Source: Psammoneis japonica
Lineage: Eukaryota
Direction of reading: 5' to 3'
Assembly (NCBI GenBank): GCA_008632985.1
Contig: QPGO01000033.1
Span: 310,001 to 374,000, forward strand
DNA: 64,000 nucleotides
Shown: positions 36,701 to 47,599 of the stretch, in pieces
How positions within the stretch are numbered: the stretch's first letter is position 1
Layout: each line of letters opens with the position of its first letter
Translations under genes and position numbers: made by a program
The notes under the pieces: generated by a model
Database searches by the model: none
What the model saw: only the letters and a program-made list of their open reading frames with translations
What the model was told of the DNA's origin: nothing

Positions 36701-36997
36701 CTACTGTCGCTCTGGCATTCGGCATGGATGACGCAGCTTTGGTGAATCAACGTCGCGAGAAGCGAGTGTGCTGTACAGCTCCCTCATTGAGTTGCTTTCG
36801 ATGATCTGGATAGACGCGGGTGCCGTAACGTTCTCGCTAGATACCTCAAGAAAGGAACTCAAAAACTCCATTTCTTTAAAAGAATCTATGCTATAGCTTT
36901 CCTCTGATGATGGACGAGGGGCAGGAGGAGGCGAGATAACGTTTGATTGTGAAGCTTTTGTCTTAGTTTCGATGGTCATTTTTGTCGTTGTCGTCAT
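36701..36997 (-). CDS. Possible small hypothetical protein
   Basis: MTTTTK...SPPPAPRPSSEES composition looks coding. No domain recognised. Confidence 0.35.
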   Translation of the reverse strand: MTTTTKMTIETKTKASQSNVISPPPAPRPSSEESYSIDSFKEMEFLSSFLEVSSENVTAPASIQIIESNSMRELYSTLASRDVDSPKLRHPCRMPERQ

Positions 36998-37296
36998 CGC
37001 GTGCCGCGGTGGCAGTTCCAAAACCTCCACTCGCTCCTCTCTTCTGCTCCTAATAAATTGGGAACAAACACAGCAGTACCCATTGCCCCCGTGCGTACCA
37101 CTCAAAATGCGTGCAGTTCCCCTCTGATCAATGCTCGTATGTGCATTATCGTATGATCTTCTCGACAAGACCACGATATTTGCATGCATTAGCTAGGTAC
37201 GAACAACGATTAGAAACATCAATGCTACTACACGATAATAACACAAACACACTTTATTTACGACAAATCCTACTCCGACTGCTCATCCTTGTGATC

Positions 37297-38679
37297 TCAT
37301 CTCCGGCATTCGTGTGTCTCCACCATTTCTCGTTCACTTGAAATGATGGCCGAAAAAGCGGCTTCGTACTCGTTTGTATAATGGTCGGCAATCATATCGG
37401 GCGTCAAATCAATAAGTCGATGTGCATACATGACTGGATCCAGCAAGAGTGTTGAGTAGTGTGGCTTATTCTTTGTGACGGTGGGACTCGCATCATCATT
37501 GCTATTTGGAATTTCTTCTCCCACCTCCCTATTACCGTTATTGTCGACTGTAATGACGCTCTCCTTCTCTGTTTTGTGCAACCAAACTATACATTTTGCT
37601 GGAATGCAGAGCCACGGTGCGCCATCCACCTCTGGTAACGTCATTTGACTCACCTTTTGAACCTCTTCTACAGTCGTTGATGGAGGTTTATCGTATCCAT
37701 ATTCGATTCGGATTCGTTCGGTAGTGGTGAAATCTTGTTGATCGTAAACAACAACTGCCATCATGAGACGTCGCAGTGCGTTGCAGGAGAGAGAGGGGAC
37801 CACATCATATTCATGCACATAGGCAAATGTGTTTTGAACGGCCTCCCTGGCAGCGTCAAGAGGATGAAAGACTGGTGGAGGAGCAAATGCCATGCACTTG
37901 ACAGGAATACCAGGAGGAAGTAGTTCCTTGTCATGATGAAGTAGAATACTAATCAGGCAAGCAACTCCAGCACCCAACGAGTGTCCAACTAGAGTCAGGG
38001 AATATCCTTTGGGAAAGGATTCAAGCTTTTCCTTGACAGCCGCCTCGCCCTTATTCCAAACAGCACGAGCCATTGCCGCCATTCCGGCATGAGCCTTTCC
38101 TCCACAAAAGTCGTCGGCAAAGCCGGCAATATCAATGTACACACTAGAAAGCGATAACGTTCCTCGAATGGCCAAGACGACTGCCTTTTCTGCATGATCA
38201 ATTGTCACCGTGTGACGCAAGCACTCGAGTGAATCTCCGTGATTTGTATCTGCCACCAACACATGTTGCACCTCCAATCCACCACCAACATGCTGTACAA
38301 GACATTCTTCTACAGAATCCGACGTTTCATCAATGGTCACTTTGCCAGTATTGGCTTGTTGAACGGCAGCAATCATGGCCGGTCCATAGACGGCAGTGGA
38401 ATATCGCATAAAGCGTTGTGCTTGATGCATGGTTGGCATGTTGCCTTTATTTTGGAGCGTCAATGTTTCTGTTCTAGACGGAAGTTGCTTTTCAATTTGC
38501 GCCAAGGCCCACAAATTACCAACAAGTCGTTCGTTGAGTCCCAATTCCAATTCTTTTCCAATGGCAGTCGTTTCCAAATACTCCAAGACTTGCAATAGAA
38601 TGGCATACCGATCTCGTTTATCATTTTGCCGCAAATCGTAATACGTATTCTTCAAGAAGGCTCCTGCTGCTTTCCACAT
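37297..38679 (-). CDS. Class 3 lipase (diacylglycerol lipase-like)
   Basis: LAIRGT, AHAGM, VGHSLGAG nucleophile elbow, FAPPP, DVVPSL and DH motifs. Confidence 0.92.
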   Translation of the reverse strand: MWKAAGAFLKNTYYDLRQNDKRDRYAILLQVLEYLETTAIGKELELGLNERLVGNLWALAQIEKQLPSRTETLTLQNKGNMPTMHQAQRFMRYSTAVYGPAMIAAVQQANTGKVTIDETSDSVEECLVQHVGGGLEVQHVLVADTNHGDSLECLRHTVTIDHAEKAVVLAIRGTLSLSSVYIDIAGFADDFCGGKAHAGMAAMARAVWNKGEAAVKEKLESFPKGYSLTLVGHSLGAGVACLISILLHHDKELLPPGIPVKCMAFAPPPVFHPLDAAREAVQNTFAYVHEYDVVPSLSCNALRRLMMAVVVYDQQDFTTTERIRIEYGYDKPPSTTVEEVQKVSQMTLPEVDGAPWLCIPAKCIVWLHKTEKESVITVDNNGNREVGEEIPNSNDDASPTVTKNKPHYSTLLLDPVMYAHRLIDLTPDMIADHYTNEYEAAFSAIISSEREMVETHECRR

Positions 38680-39177
38680 TTGATTTCTGTTTTCTTTATT
38701 GGTTAGGGAGACTACTTTCTTCTCTTCTTACGCCCACCCTATAGCTGTTTGGTTCCTACTGTCAAGTCGTACCGGTAGAGCAACAACAAGATGATGAGTT
38801 ACAATAGCATCCCCCGCAAAAGCAGGTTTCTTCGTCTGTTCTGGCACGTGTTCCAACCTGCATCAGCTCTCGTGCTCTACCTACAAATAACTCTACTCTA
38901 GCTAGTTAGCTAGCTAGCTAGTAGCAAAAGCTCTACTCTAGAGAGTAGAGATCAGCGCGAATGGTGCTTAGCCACAGATTTCGAATACTTCAACAATATA
39001 CCTGGTAATAGCTTAGCGATTGATGTTACATCGAGACAGGACTGTTTCAGTGCTTCTGCAATTGCGTGTGATGCATTAGTACTTAAATTATGGCTATTCT
39101 CGAGTCCCCCGCGACCTCCAGAACTAACCATGGAGCATGCATGGCAAGGCCCTATCCGGATAATTCTTGTTTTCTGT

Positions 39178-40260
39178 CTATGCGTTCTTTCTCTTCCGCT
39201 TCGTTGACCTTCCAGCTTCCTTTGCCGCATGTTTGGATGCATGGCTTTGCTTTCTTTTGTTTTCCTTAGAGTTCGAAGGCAGTGCCTTGCCTCTCTTTGT
39301 TTTGACCTTTTCAACATTGAGTTTCTTTGTGTCATCCTCCGATTTCTTCATCTTTTCATCCCGTGTCTTTTTTGCTTGCTTCCGCATTTCAATTTCCTGG
39401 GGTTTCTCACGCACTTTTATATGCTTGGCTTCATCAATGGCAGCAGCGACAGTCTCGCAGACCTTGTCTACAGCCGTCGACTCACCCCACACATGCATCT
39501 CTCGTGTCTTGCTATTCATATTGACGGATACAGACGAGCTCTTGTGTTCTTCCCGTAAATTCTTGATGTTTCTTCCATTCTGACCAACAACATGACTAAC
39601 CACTTTGAGGGGGACTACGACACGTCTGCAGGAGTGACCATCCGGCAGTGCTTCTTTATCTGGAACGGGAGGACCCAGCTTTTCAATGATTTCCTCTTCT
39701 TGTAGATCAATATCGTGCAGAAGACCATCCACTTTGTTCGATGGGCCCCATATCCAAAGACTATCCTCCGCTACAACATACTTTATACCACGGTGTGTTT
39801 GAGTAAGTTTCGCAATGTTGACGTGCTTTTTCCCTAAGAGGTAGCCCATGTAGCTCGACTTTTTCTCCACAACCGTGTGACCCTCTGGCAACACGTCCTC
39901 TGTTGGGATTTGGGCGACGTGAGTCGTGTTTTGTTTCTGCTTCGTCGTGTCGTCCATCTTTTGATTCCTATTCTTGCTACTTGACCACGCCTCTGGAATA
40001 ACCGTCACAACAGCTCCATTGGGCGCAATAATGGCACCCGATTTCGTTGTTCCCTTGATTGCGTGAGCCAGCGACACGCCTCGCTCTTCCATGCGTTGTC
40101 TTGCATGTTTGGTCAGATACCTGATGGGCTTCAGGTCACCACTTGCAGTCGTCGAAAAATTCCCCGCATTTTCATTGACTTTTTCTCTTCCAATCTTTCC
40201 ATGCTCTGCGTTGTAGCGACGAAGAAAGTCGCCTCCCGATTGGAGTGCCTTGTTGGACAT
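39178..40260 (-). CDS. KH-domain RNA-binding protein with N-terminal DUF4258-like motif
   Basis: LTKHARQRMEERGVS; KH-like repeats GYLLGKKHVNI and SHVVGQNGRNIK; basic C-terminal tail. Confidence 0.75.
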   Translation of the reverse strand: MSNKALQSGGDFLRRYNAEHGKIGREKVNENAGNFSTTASGDLKPIRYLTKHARQRMEERGVSLAHAIKGTTKSGAIIAPNGAVVTVIPEAWSSSKNRNQKMDDTTKQKQNTTHVAQIPTEDVLPEGHTVVEKKSSYMGYLLGKKHVNIAKLTQTHRGIKYVVAEDSLWIWGPSNKVDGLLHDIDLQEEEIIEKLGPPVPDKEALPDGHSCRRVVVPLKVVSHVVGQNGRNIKNLREEHKSSSVSVNMNSKTREMHVWGESTAVDKVCETVAAAIDEAKHIKVREKPQEIEMRKQAKKTRDEKMKKSEDDTKKLNVEKVKTKRGKALPSNSKENKRKQSHASKHAAKEAGRSTKRKRKNA

Positions 40261-40372
40261 GGTGATGCTGATGCTGCTGTCATCAACGAAGCAATTTTGG
40301 CGATTTTCGATTTCGGCGATTTCGAGTCCAACCGAATTAATTTGGGATCATGTGCTTTTCCTCTGGCTTCTG

Positions 40373-40414
40373 GCGTGCGTGCGTGCGTGCGTAATTCGTG
40401 CGTGCGTGCGCGTG
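40373..40414 (+). repeat. (GCGT)n microsatellite in a divergent promoter
   Basis: Direct reading of the sequence. Lies between the KH gene (-) and the P450 gene (+). Confidence 0.8.
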
Positions 40415-40717
40415 AAAAATGTGAGAGTACAGCACTGTACTTCTACTATCAAGTCTTGTACTCAGAGTAATCCTTAAATCCTTCATTCATACATTTTGGA
40501 TATTAAATAAATATATTAATACTTTAAAAGTTTATATTTGCAAAATTCCCTCCAACACGATTCACATCCGCGACCAACGCCCGACGCGGGAACACCACCG
40601 CAAGAAATTCAAGAACACAAAGAACAATAAAAGCATCGGGGAACGTTGTCAGTTTTGACGACACTGGTGTCCTCTTTGTGGTGAATAATAACAAGTAAAA
40701 AAGGCCAGGGGACTATC

Positions 40718-42163
40718 ATGACCAAAGCTAAAATATTCGAAAGAAAGAAGGTGTTCCACGTACCTTCGGACAATGTCGAGTTTGACAACCGCCCAAACTG
40801 TCTTGAAGCGATCTTTATTCGTATCTTTCACTGGCTGAGCCGTGTCATGGTACAATGGGGGGCTCTCCATACCTGGAATCCATTGGTGTTTATTCCCAGC
40901 TTTTTTTTGTACCAGATTGATATCATTTGGTCTGGTCTTGACAAGCAGTATTACGTCAAACGCCGAGCCATGTACGGACCCAACTTTATTTCTGCAACGT
41001 CCGTGGTAATGTCAAAGTACGATGAGAACGCCACGGCTCCCGACGCGTTGGATTCACGCTTGCTTTCGATTCCTCAATGTCGTGGCTTCTTTTTGGGATC
41101 CACCATCATGACTCGAGATCACTTGCCCAAAGATCGTCGTCCGGGACAGCCAGACCGCAATGTGTCGCTGTTGCATGTGAGCGATCGCGGAGTAGTCAAG
41201 GATCCCAAACCCGGCGAGTTGGATCACGACGTCATTCGTGATTCGGCCATGGCCAACTTTATTGGCGGTGCAAAATTAGATGCCATCAAGGCTCGTGCTC
41301 AAGATGACAAAGCGGCGGCTCTTGTTGAAGATTTTGCAAAAAAGGCAAAGGGCGTTGAGGACGGCGAATCGCTCAGTCCGCTTGTCGAAGATTTGCTCAT
41401 TCGTTATTATCATTACATTCTCTTTGACCTCCCTCCAGACGAAGTGCCGGTGAAGCTCTTGACGGATACCTTTTACAAGAGTTTGAGCTATGTCCTGTAC
41501 ATTTTCGGACCCAAGTGGTTGCCGACGTGCTTTTTGCGCTGTATTGTAAAACCTGGCAGTCTGGAAAAGAAGCTTTTGGAGGTTCGAGAATACTACGCTA
41601 GTTCTCCCGTCTTTGATGACTTTGTTCCCATACCGGAAGGTCCAGACGCCCTTAGCAAGGACGGGTTGTTGGAACTTTTGGAAATGTTGATTGGTATTGC
41701 TGCCCTACAAGGCACCAAGGCATTGGCACTTGCCAGCCTGACACAAATGCCCAAGGGACACGCCGCCAAGGCGGTCGCTGCTAACCCACAAGCGCTAAAG
41801 GCTGCCGTATTGGAAATTGCTCGTCTCGATGCTCCCGTTACGGGGGCACACTGCATTGCCGACGAACCCTTGGAGACCACCATTGGGAACAAGAAGCTTA
41901 CGTTTCCTCCTGGCACGGTCATTTTCACGGCCATGACTCTAGCCAACACGGACGAGAAGCGTTTCAAGTGTCCCTATGTCTTTGATCCCGATCGTGAGGA
42001 CCTTGCGGACAAGCTGACAAGCTTTCATTCAATTGGAGAAAGGACGGGAGACTCTCCTCGTATTTGTCCCGGACGTGAGTTGGCAGTCACGTGTGTTTGC
42101 CAAATGCTACGAGCCAAAATTGAAGCAGAACAAGAGCGCAGTACAAACTATGGTTCTCTTTGA
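40718..42163 (+). CDS. Atypical cytochrome P450
   Basis: EIAR (ExxR), FDPDR (PERF-like) and SF...RICPG heme-Cys motif. No canonical AGxxT in the I-helix. Confidence 0.85.
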   Translation: MTKAKIFERKKVFHVPSDNVEFDNRPNCLEAIFIRIFHWLSRVMVQWGALHTWNPLVFIPSFFLYQIDIIWSGLDKQYYVKRRAMYGPNFISATSVVMSKYDENATAPDALDSRLLSIPQCRGFFLGSTIMTRDHLPKDRRPGQPDRNVSLLHVSDRGVVKDPKPGELDHDVIRDSAMANFIGGAKLDAIKARAQDDKAAALVEDFAKKAKGVEDGESLSPLVEDLLIRYYHYILFDLPPDEVPVKLLTDTFYKSLSYVLYIFGPKWLPTCFLRCIVKPGSLEKKLLEVREYYASSPVFDDFVPIPEGPDALSKDGLLELLEMLIGIAALQGTKALALASLTQMPKGHAAKAVAANPQALKAAVLEIARLDAPVTGAHCIADEPLETTIGNKKLTFPPGTVIFTAMTLANTDEKRFKCPYVFDPDREDLADKLTSFHSIGERTGDSPRICPGRELAVTCVCQMLRAKIEAEQERSTNYGSL

Positions 42164-42929
42164 GATGAATTACATAAAGTGTGTGTTACCTTATGAAGGA
42201 CTGCAAGGTCCTCTGCAGTACTCTAGCTAAAGACTGAGATTTCATTAAACTGAAGCAAGGAAAGTTGTTTTCTTATCTACTAGAGAGTTCAAAGATCACC
42301 CTTGCCGCTACTGTTGTCCAAGTCAGTTGAGGCATGTTGCGAACAGAAGTATTTATCAGTGGAGATGAATAGACAGAAATGGCACTACAGGTATCTTGTT
42401 GAGCTTTGCCTAAAAAATGTTGCAGATTCCACTCTAGTAGCTACAGACTGGAATCATTCTGCATCGTCTCCGAAAACCACCAGCCTTCTCCTCTCTCTCT
42501 CTAGAATGCAAATAACTCGCTCTCTCTCTAGAGAGAGTAGCTGGTAGCTTCTCTGGCTAGAGCTAAAATTCCTACTACTCTAGAGAGGGTACATGTAGAG
42601 AGAGCTACCGGTACTCTAGAGTAGAGCTGCGGTAGTTTGCACACAGCTGTCTGTTCTTCTGTTCGGCGACGCGCCCAAATTCACACACGACACCAGTAAT
42701 CTTTCTCAGTGAAATCTACGTACGTAGATTATATACTTGACTTACATATTGTCATTCCTTCGTAGAATTTGTACTGAGAATTGTGTACAAAACTTGCCGC
42801 CGATCTTGACCTGCGGGTTCGCGTCGGCAGCAAGTTTTGCATTTCACAATAACCCCTCAGTACTTCTCGACTCTCTTGTAACTCTTTCAAGGCGAACCAA
42901 CCAAGCAAATAGGACCTCAACAGCATACC

Positions 42930-44543
42930 ATGGCTCCCAACAACATGATTTCAAAGCGTGAACGGAGACCACCCCGACGTTATGCCGAATCATCGTCTGA
43001 AGAGGAGACGGAAACCCGCGATGTGTCACGCCGTAGAGTCAGTACCAAACCTACGGACAGTACCGGGTGCACGGTGCAGGCACGACAAGAACGCAATGAT
43101 GACCCCATCATCACAGCGGAAACCAATGCTGAAGCGACAGAGGTCAAGGCGGAAGACGAGGTGTCTTCTGTCGTTACACGCGATACCAACTCTACGTCCG
43201 CTGAAGGAGAAGCAGTGTTACCGCAAGTCTCGCTAAGTCAATCAGAAGACGATCACATCCACCATTTGCAAACGTCGGGAGCATTGAATCACGTTGCTGG
43301 ATCTCAGAGCATTCTTACGCAAGAGCTTGACGATACTGGAGCTCACGAAGAAGAAGACGATACTGTCTCTAGTATTATCTCAAACAAGCCCAACGATTTT
43401 GCTTCTGCTCTTCTGACCCAAGAATCTGTTTCGCTAATTCAAGACGATTCTGAAGACGAAACATCACCTACCCATGAAAGCACTGAGGCTCCGTCCGTAG
43501 AATCACCCATTGTTGTGAAAGATGCGGAGGAGAAGGAGGAGGAGGAAGAAGAAGAAAACAAGACCAGTTTGAGTCAAGAGGAACCAACTATGCAGCTGTC
43601 TCAACTAACCTGCCTTATGGAGGCTGCGGAGGTCATGCACACTCGCGAACAGGGAAAGATCAATGATGAAGAAAACATACCGGATGACCAATTGTTTGAT
43701 TTCGATAAAGATGAGGAACCAGGATTGGTGGCTATGCCACAGCGTCCCTTGGCTCTGCAACAACCAGAGAGCCAACCGATCACCGCCAAATCTACCAAGG
43801 CGTCCCGAAGCATTCGTCCTCCGACATTGCCGCTTACTTTCAACAGTGCCAACAACAAGCGCAAGTTACCAGATGCTTCTGAGGCTCCTCCGGCACCTAC
43901 GATGGCGCCCACCGGTGATACAAAAGTAAAAACCAAAGCGTTGAACCCCACGAAACGCCGCAAGTTGCAAAAGGAAGCAGAGCAGGCTCGATCCGCTTCC
44001 ATGGCTCGCCGTGCCGCAGACTTGGCGGAGCAAGCGTCAACCGACCCCGAAGTAGCCAAGCAGTTGCTACTGAGCATGGCGCTGGTGCGGACCAATCCTC
44101 GTTCAGCACCCACAACATGGCCACCGTACGGAAGTGTTATTCCAGAAGGCTTCTTTTGGGCAACCTACCCACCACTGGAAAGCGTTCTCCGCTCGAGCAT
44201 GCCGCAGTACTACAATTTGTCAGTGAAGCGTTGTCAGAGTCGCGACCAGCAGGCGTTTAACAACTCTCTTGTGATTTGCTTGAGAATGAAGGCGGCCGCG
44301 TTTGGCTGGTCTTTTCACAAAAATTTTGACGATAAGAAGTTGCGCGACAGAATTCGCTGTTTCTTCAAGACGCACATTCAAAACGCCAAGAAGCGGCTCA
44401 AGACAATGATTCGGAATCCGACCAAACGAGCCAACGCCAAAGCGCTTGTGCAACATTTGGAGTTGATTCAGAAGCATACACCGCAAGAGCAAGAATCCAA
44501 GGAGGAAGAAGACGATAAGCGCATGGCGGCGGTAAGTCTTTAG
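42930..44543 (+). CDS. Hypothetical protein: acidic disordered N-terminus, basic helical C-terminal domain (possibly nuclear)
   Basis: 537-aa ORF, NLS-like KRRK, C-terminal LRDRIRCFFKTHIQNAKKRL. Confidence 0.8.
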   Translation: MAPNNMISKRERRPPRRYAESSSEEETETRDVSRRRVSTKPTDSTGCTVQARQERNDDPIITAETNAEATEVKAEDEVSSVVTRDTNSTSAEGEAVLPQVSLSQSEDDHIHHLQTSGALNHVAGSQSILTQELDDTGAHEEEDDTVSSIISNKPNDFASALLTQESVSLIQDDSEDETSPTHESTEAPSVESPIVVKDAEEKEEEEEEENKTSLSQEEPTMQLSQLTCLMEAAEVMHTREQGKINDEENIPDDQLFDFDKDEEPGLVAMPQRPLALQQPESQPITAKSTKASRSIRPPTLPLTFNSANNKRKLPDASEAPPAPTMAPTGDTKVKTKALNPTKRRKLQKEAEQARSASMARRAADLAEQASTDPEVAKQLLLSMALVRTNPRSAPTTWPPYGSVIPEGFFWATYPPLESVLRSSMPQYYNLSVKRCQSRDQQAFNNSLVICLRMKAAAFGWSFHKNFDDKKLRDRIRCFFKTHIQNAKKRLKTMIRNPTKRANAKALVQHLELIQKHTPQEQESKEEEDDKRMAAVSL

Positions 44544-44901
44544 TTTGAACGAGGGCGTGACCTTTTTGGCCTTTATCGTGGATAAGTATAATTCACGCTC
44601 TGGATTTCCTTTCGTTGTAGCTCGCACTAAGTGGAATTGCAGGCACTGCGAACCAAAAAACCACAAAGCAACAGACTGTTTAGTAGGTATGTTTTTCTCG
44701 TCACCGTAAAGACCTTCAAGTCGAGCACGAGTTTTGCTCAGCAAATACGACAGCAGCTGTTGTATTGGCACGATATGCCTACTCTGTTACGGTAGTGTTG
44801 AAAAAAGTAGCGAGAAACAGCATTTCTCTATGGTATTACGGATTTGAACAGCTTCCTTGGCAGGAGCATTTTACCCAATTTACCCAGTTTCAATAAAGTA
44901 T

Positions 44902-46335
44902 CTAGTTCCCTAGCCTTTTGATCTCCAACTGCAACACATGTCGCGTCTTGAAGAGATGGACAACGCGTTGATACCAATCCTCGTCTTTGTCCTGTGGCTG
45001 TGTGATTAGCGTTTGGTTTCGTTCGTCTCGTACAGACAGGATCAAGTCTCCACAAGACAAACGTTCTTGGTGATCCGTATCGTCGTCATCGTTCTCGTTG
45101 CATGCTCCGACGATACAAAGATTGGATTGCTCCTCGAGCCAGATCCCCCATGACGAATCTTTTGGCCGACTGATGGTAATAGACATGGGCTTGATGGTTT
45201 GGATGGCAAGAGATAGCCCTGGTCTAGTTCGGAACTGGCAGAGAACCCTGTCGTACGATGACGACGGGCATTGCTTGGTGTCTTCTTTGTCTTCTGCGGT
45301 TACGACGAGATCCCCGATAGACAAGGTCTTCCTTGTGTTAGGTGGTGCGTAGCATACGACGGCCTTGCCACCCAAATTACATAGTTCAATCTTCTGTTTC
45401 TTCTCGATATAAGTCGGAGCTCGAAGTGGCCCTTCCTGTGAAATTTTGGGACGCTTTGCGCAAACGCCATCGAGAGCAATGCTGGGAGAAGGGCGTTTCT
45501 CTCCCCGATCTTGAGCGGCTTCTCTTGAAAGGAATAGTCTTGGATTCGATGTAAGAAAGTATTGAATCTGGTCAGGCGACTTAAGTTTCGCAAGAACGTT
45601 GGACCACAAGGATACCGGACAGTTGTCATTCTGAAGCAATCGTCGACCTGATTTGTTGAGGCTAAGAGAAAAGCTGACCTCGTCTTGTTGCTCTTGATTT
45701 GCGTAGTTTACTCCAAAATGGTGTAGAAAGTAGTTCTCCTTGACGCTCTTGACTAGCTTCTCGGTAGTGTCCGCATCAAAGCAATTAGCTTCGAGAAAGA
45801 GAGACTTAAGAAACTTGTTTTTCTTCAACATTTGAATCGATGCCCTTGCTCCATCGTTGCCAACACGATTCTCACGTAGATCAAGACGCTCAAGCTTGCC
45901 AACTCGGCTCTCGTCGCTCTTCTGTTGCTCTTCCAAAGCTTCCATTAGAAACTTAGTTCCCGTACATCCGATTCGATTCCCATAGAGGGCCATCACCTTG
46001 AGAGAAAGGTTGCAATCTTCAAGCAACAGACGTGCCAAAGATGATGCTCCCTTATCGTTGATTTTGTTGTTGTAGAGGTACAAACTCTTAATCGAAGAGT
46101 TCTTCCTCATCGCGTCGACGAGTCGATCGAGACTACCATTCTTACCAAGGTTTGTTCCTTCCATATACATACAGGTCAAATGTGTATTAGTAGGAAGAAC
46201 GGAGCTCAACAGATTGACACCCTCTGGTGAAATGGGCTTGTCTGTCATGAACACTGTCAGTTCGGGATCATTGGCCGCAAGTCTCTCGCAGGTGGCTCTC
46301 AGCGCACTGGAAATCTTCTGCTTTCGCTTGCCCAT
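44902..46335 (-). CDS. RI-like leucine-rich repeat protein with PDZ-like C-terminus
   Basis: LxLxxNxI repeats (LYLYNNKINDKGA, LYGNRIG, LDLRENRVGNDGA). C-terminal WGI.L...L..GDLILSV. Confidence 0.85.
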   Translation of the reverse strand: MGKRKQKISSALRATCERLAANDPELTVFMTDKPISPEGVNLLSSVLPTNTHLTCMYMEGTNLGKNGSLDRLVDAMRKNSSIKSLYLYNNKINDKGASSLARLLLEDCNLSLKVMALYGNRIGCTGTKFLMEALEEQQKSDESRVGKLERLDLRENRVGNDGARASIQMLKKNKFLKSLFLEANCFDADTTEKLVKSVKENYFLHHFGVNYANQEQQDEVSFSLSLNKSGRRLLQNDNCPVSLWSNVLAKLKSPDQIQYFLTSNPRLFLSREAAQDRGEKRPSPSIALDGVCAKRPKISQEGPLRAPTYIEKKQKIELCNLGGKAVVCYAPPNTRKTLSIGDLVVTAEDKEDTKQCPSSSYDRVLCQFRTRPGLSLAIQTIKPMSITISRPKDSSWGIWLEEQSNLCIVGACNENDDDDTDHQERLSCGDLILSVRDERNQTLITQPQDKDEDWYQRVVHLFKTRHVLQLEIKRLGN

Positions 46336-46734
46336 GATGAAAGTAACAGCGATATGAAAAAACTTGTCTTCTCCTACAAGAGACTAAAGGTTCGACACCA
46401 GAACAGCACCAGGATCAGACAAAAATGAGATTCACCAGAGGTTGACGCCGAGGTTCTGCCTGGCGGTGAGATGAGTGAGATCGTGATGGGTTTTGTCGTG
46501 CATCACGACTGAAAAGGGTTGTTTAATGAAGCACGAATTATGAATTGTCATATAGAAAATATATGTAGATACATCGTTCATTAGACAGAAAATGTTTACG
46601 GGAAGGGCTGCAAGATTTGCCATACTTAAGGCAAACTGATAATTACCTAACAGATAACACTTATGGACAAACCAATCATTTTTCCTTGTGCGTTAGATCA
46701 CGACCGAAAGCTGCGGCGTAACACAATTCCTTCG

Positions 46735-47180
46735 GTTTCGCCGCTTTGCTGACATACAGTGGGCCTACGTCTGCTTTGCTGCACTTAGGCAGATATCTGT
46801 ACCAAATGCAAGCTGCATCTCGGAGTAGAAAAGACAGAAAGATCCGCTTTCTAGGAAGCACATGGAAAATTTGGATGTATCGAGTGTGTCTGCGCCATGG
46901 TAAATTCTCAAACTGTTCGGTGCTACACTCGAAATTGACTTTTTACACAGTACCGTGATGATTCTTACGACTAGGCTTCACCACTTTGCCGACACTCCAA
47001 CTTCGTCTGCTTTGCTATACTTACGGATACCCGTACCAAACGCCGAAGTAGAATAGACAAAAACCTGTTTTGAGAGGAAGCAAAGAAAAAATGATTTGTC
47101 AATGCCGGCACATTTGACACTGTCTTCGCAAACTGTTCGGTGCTGCACATGACATTGACTTTTTGTACAGCACCAGGCTG
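46735..47180 (+). repeat. Diverged tandem duplication (~220-240 bp x2)
   Basis: CGTCTGCTTTGCT at ~46768 and ~47004; AACTGTTCGGTGCT...TTGACTTTTT at 46911 and 47131. Confidence 0.8.
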
Positions 47181-47599
47181 ATCCAATGTACTCTTCCACT
47201 CTTTCTATCAAAGATGCTTCTCGAGTAGAACTATTTTTCCGAGTTCCAAAATCCAGGAAGTTTTGTGAGCCTACTCGAGAGAGAGCACACCTGTCCGTCC
47301 GGTTCGATTTTTTTTACAGCCGCGTTTTCGCACTTTCATGTAGGTACTACTATACTGGCTCTACCTGAGGAATCGCGTAACAGCCCTTCTGCTGGTAATG
47401 GTCCGTCGGATGAACAACCTTTCCCAAAACCACTCTCTACAGTAGATCGAGAGCCAGAGAGAAGCTCAGCTGCTCGCCAAATCATCAAGCTCATTCATTG
47501 GCCATCGTATTGGCACCCCCTACAAAAGAGAGTAGCCTACCTTGTATGGTGCAGGGGTTGGAGGGTGCTCCCCTGCAACCATGTACTATTCTAGAGTAG

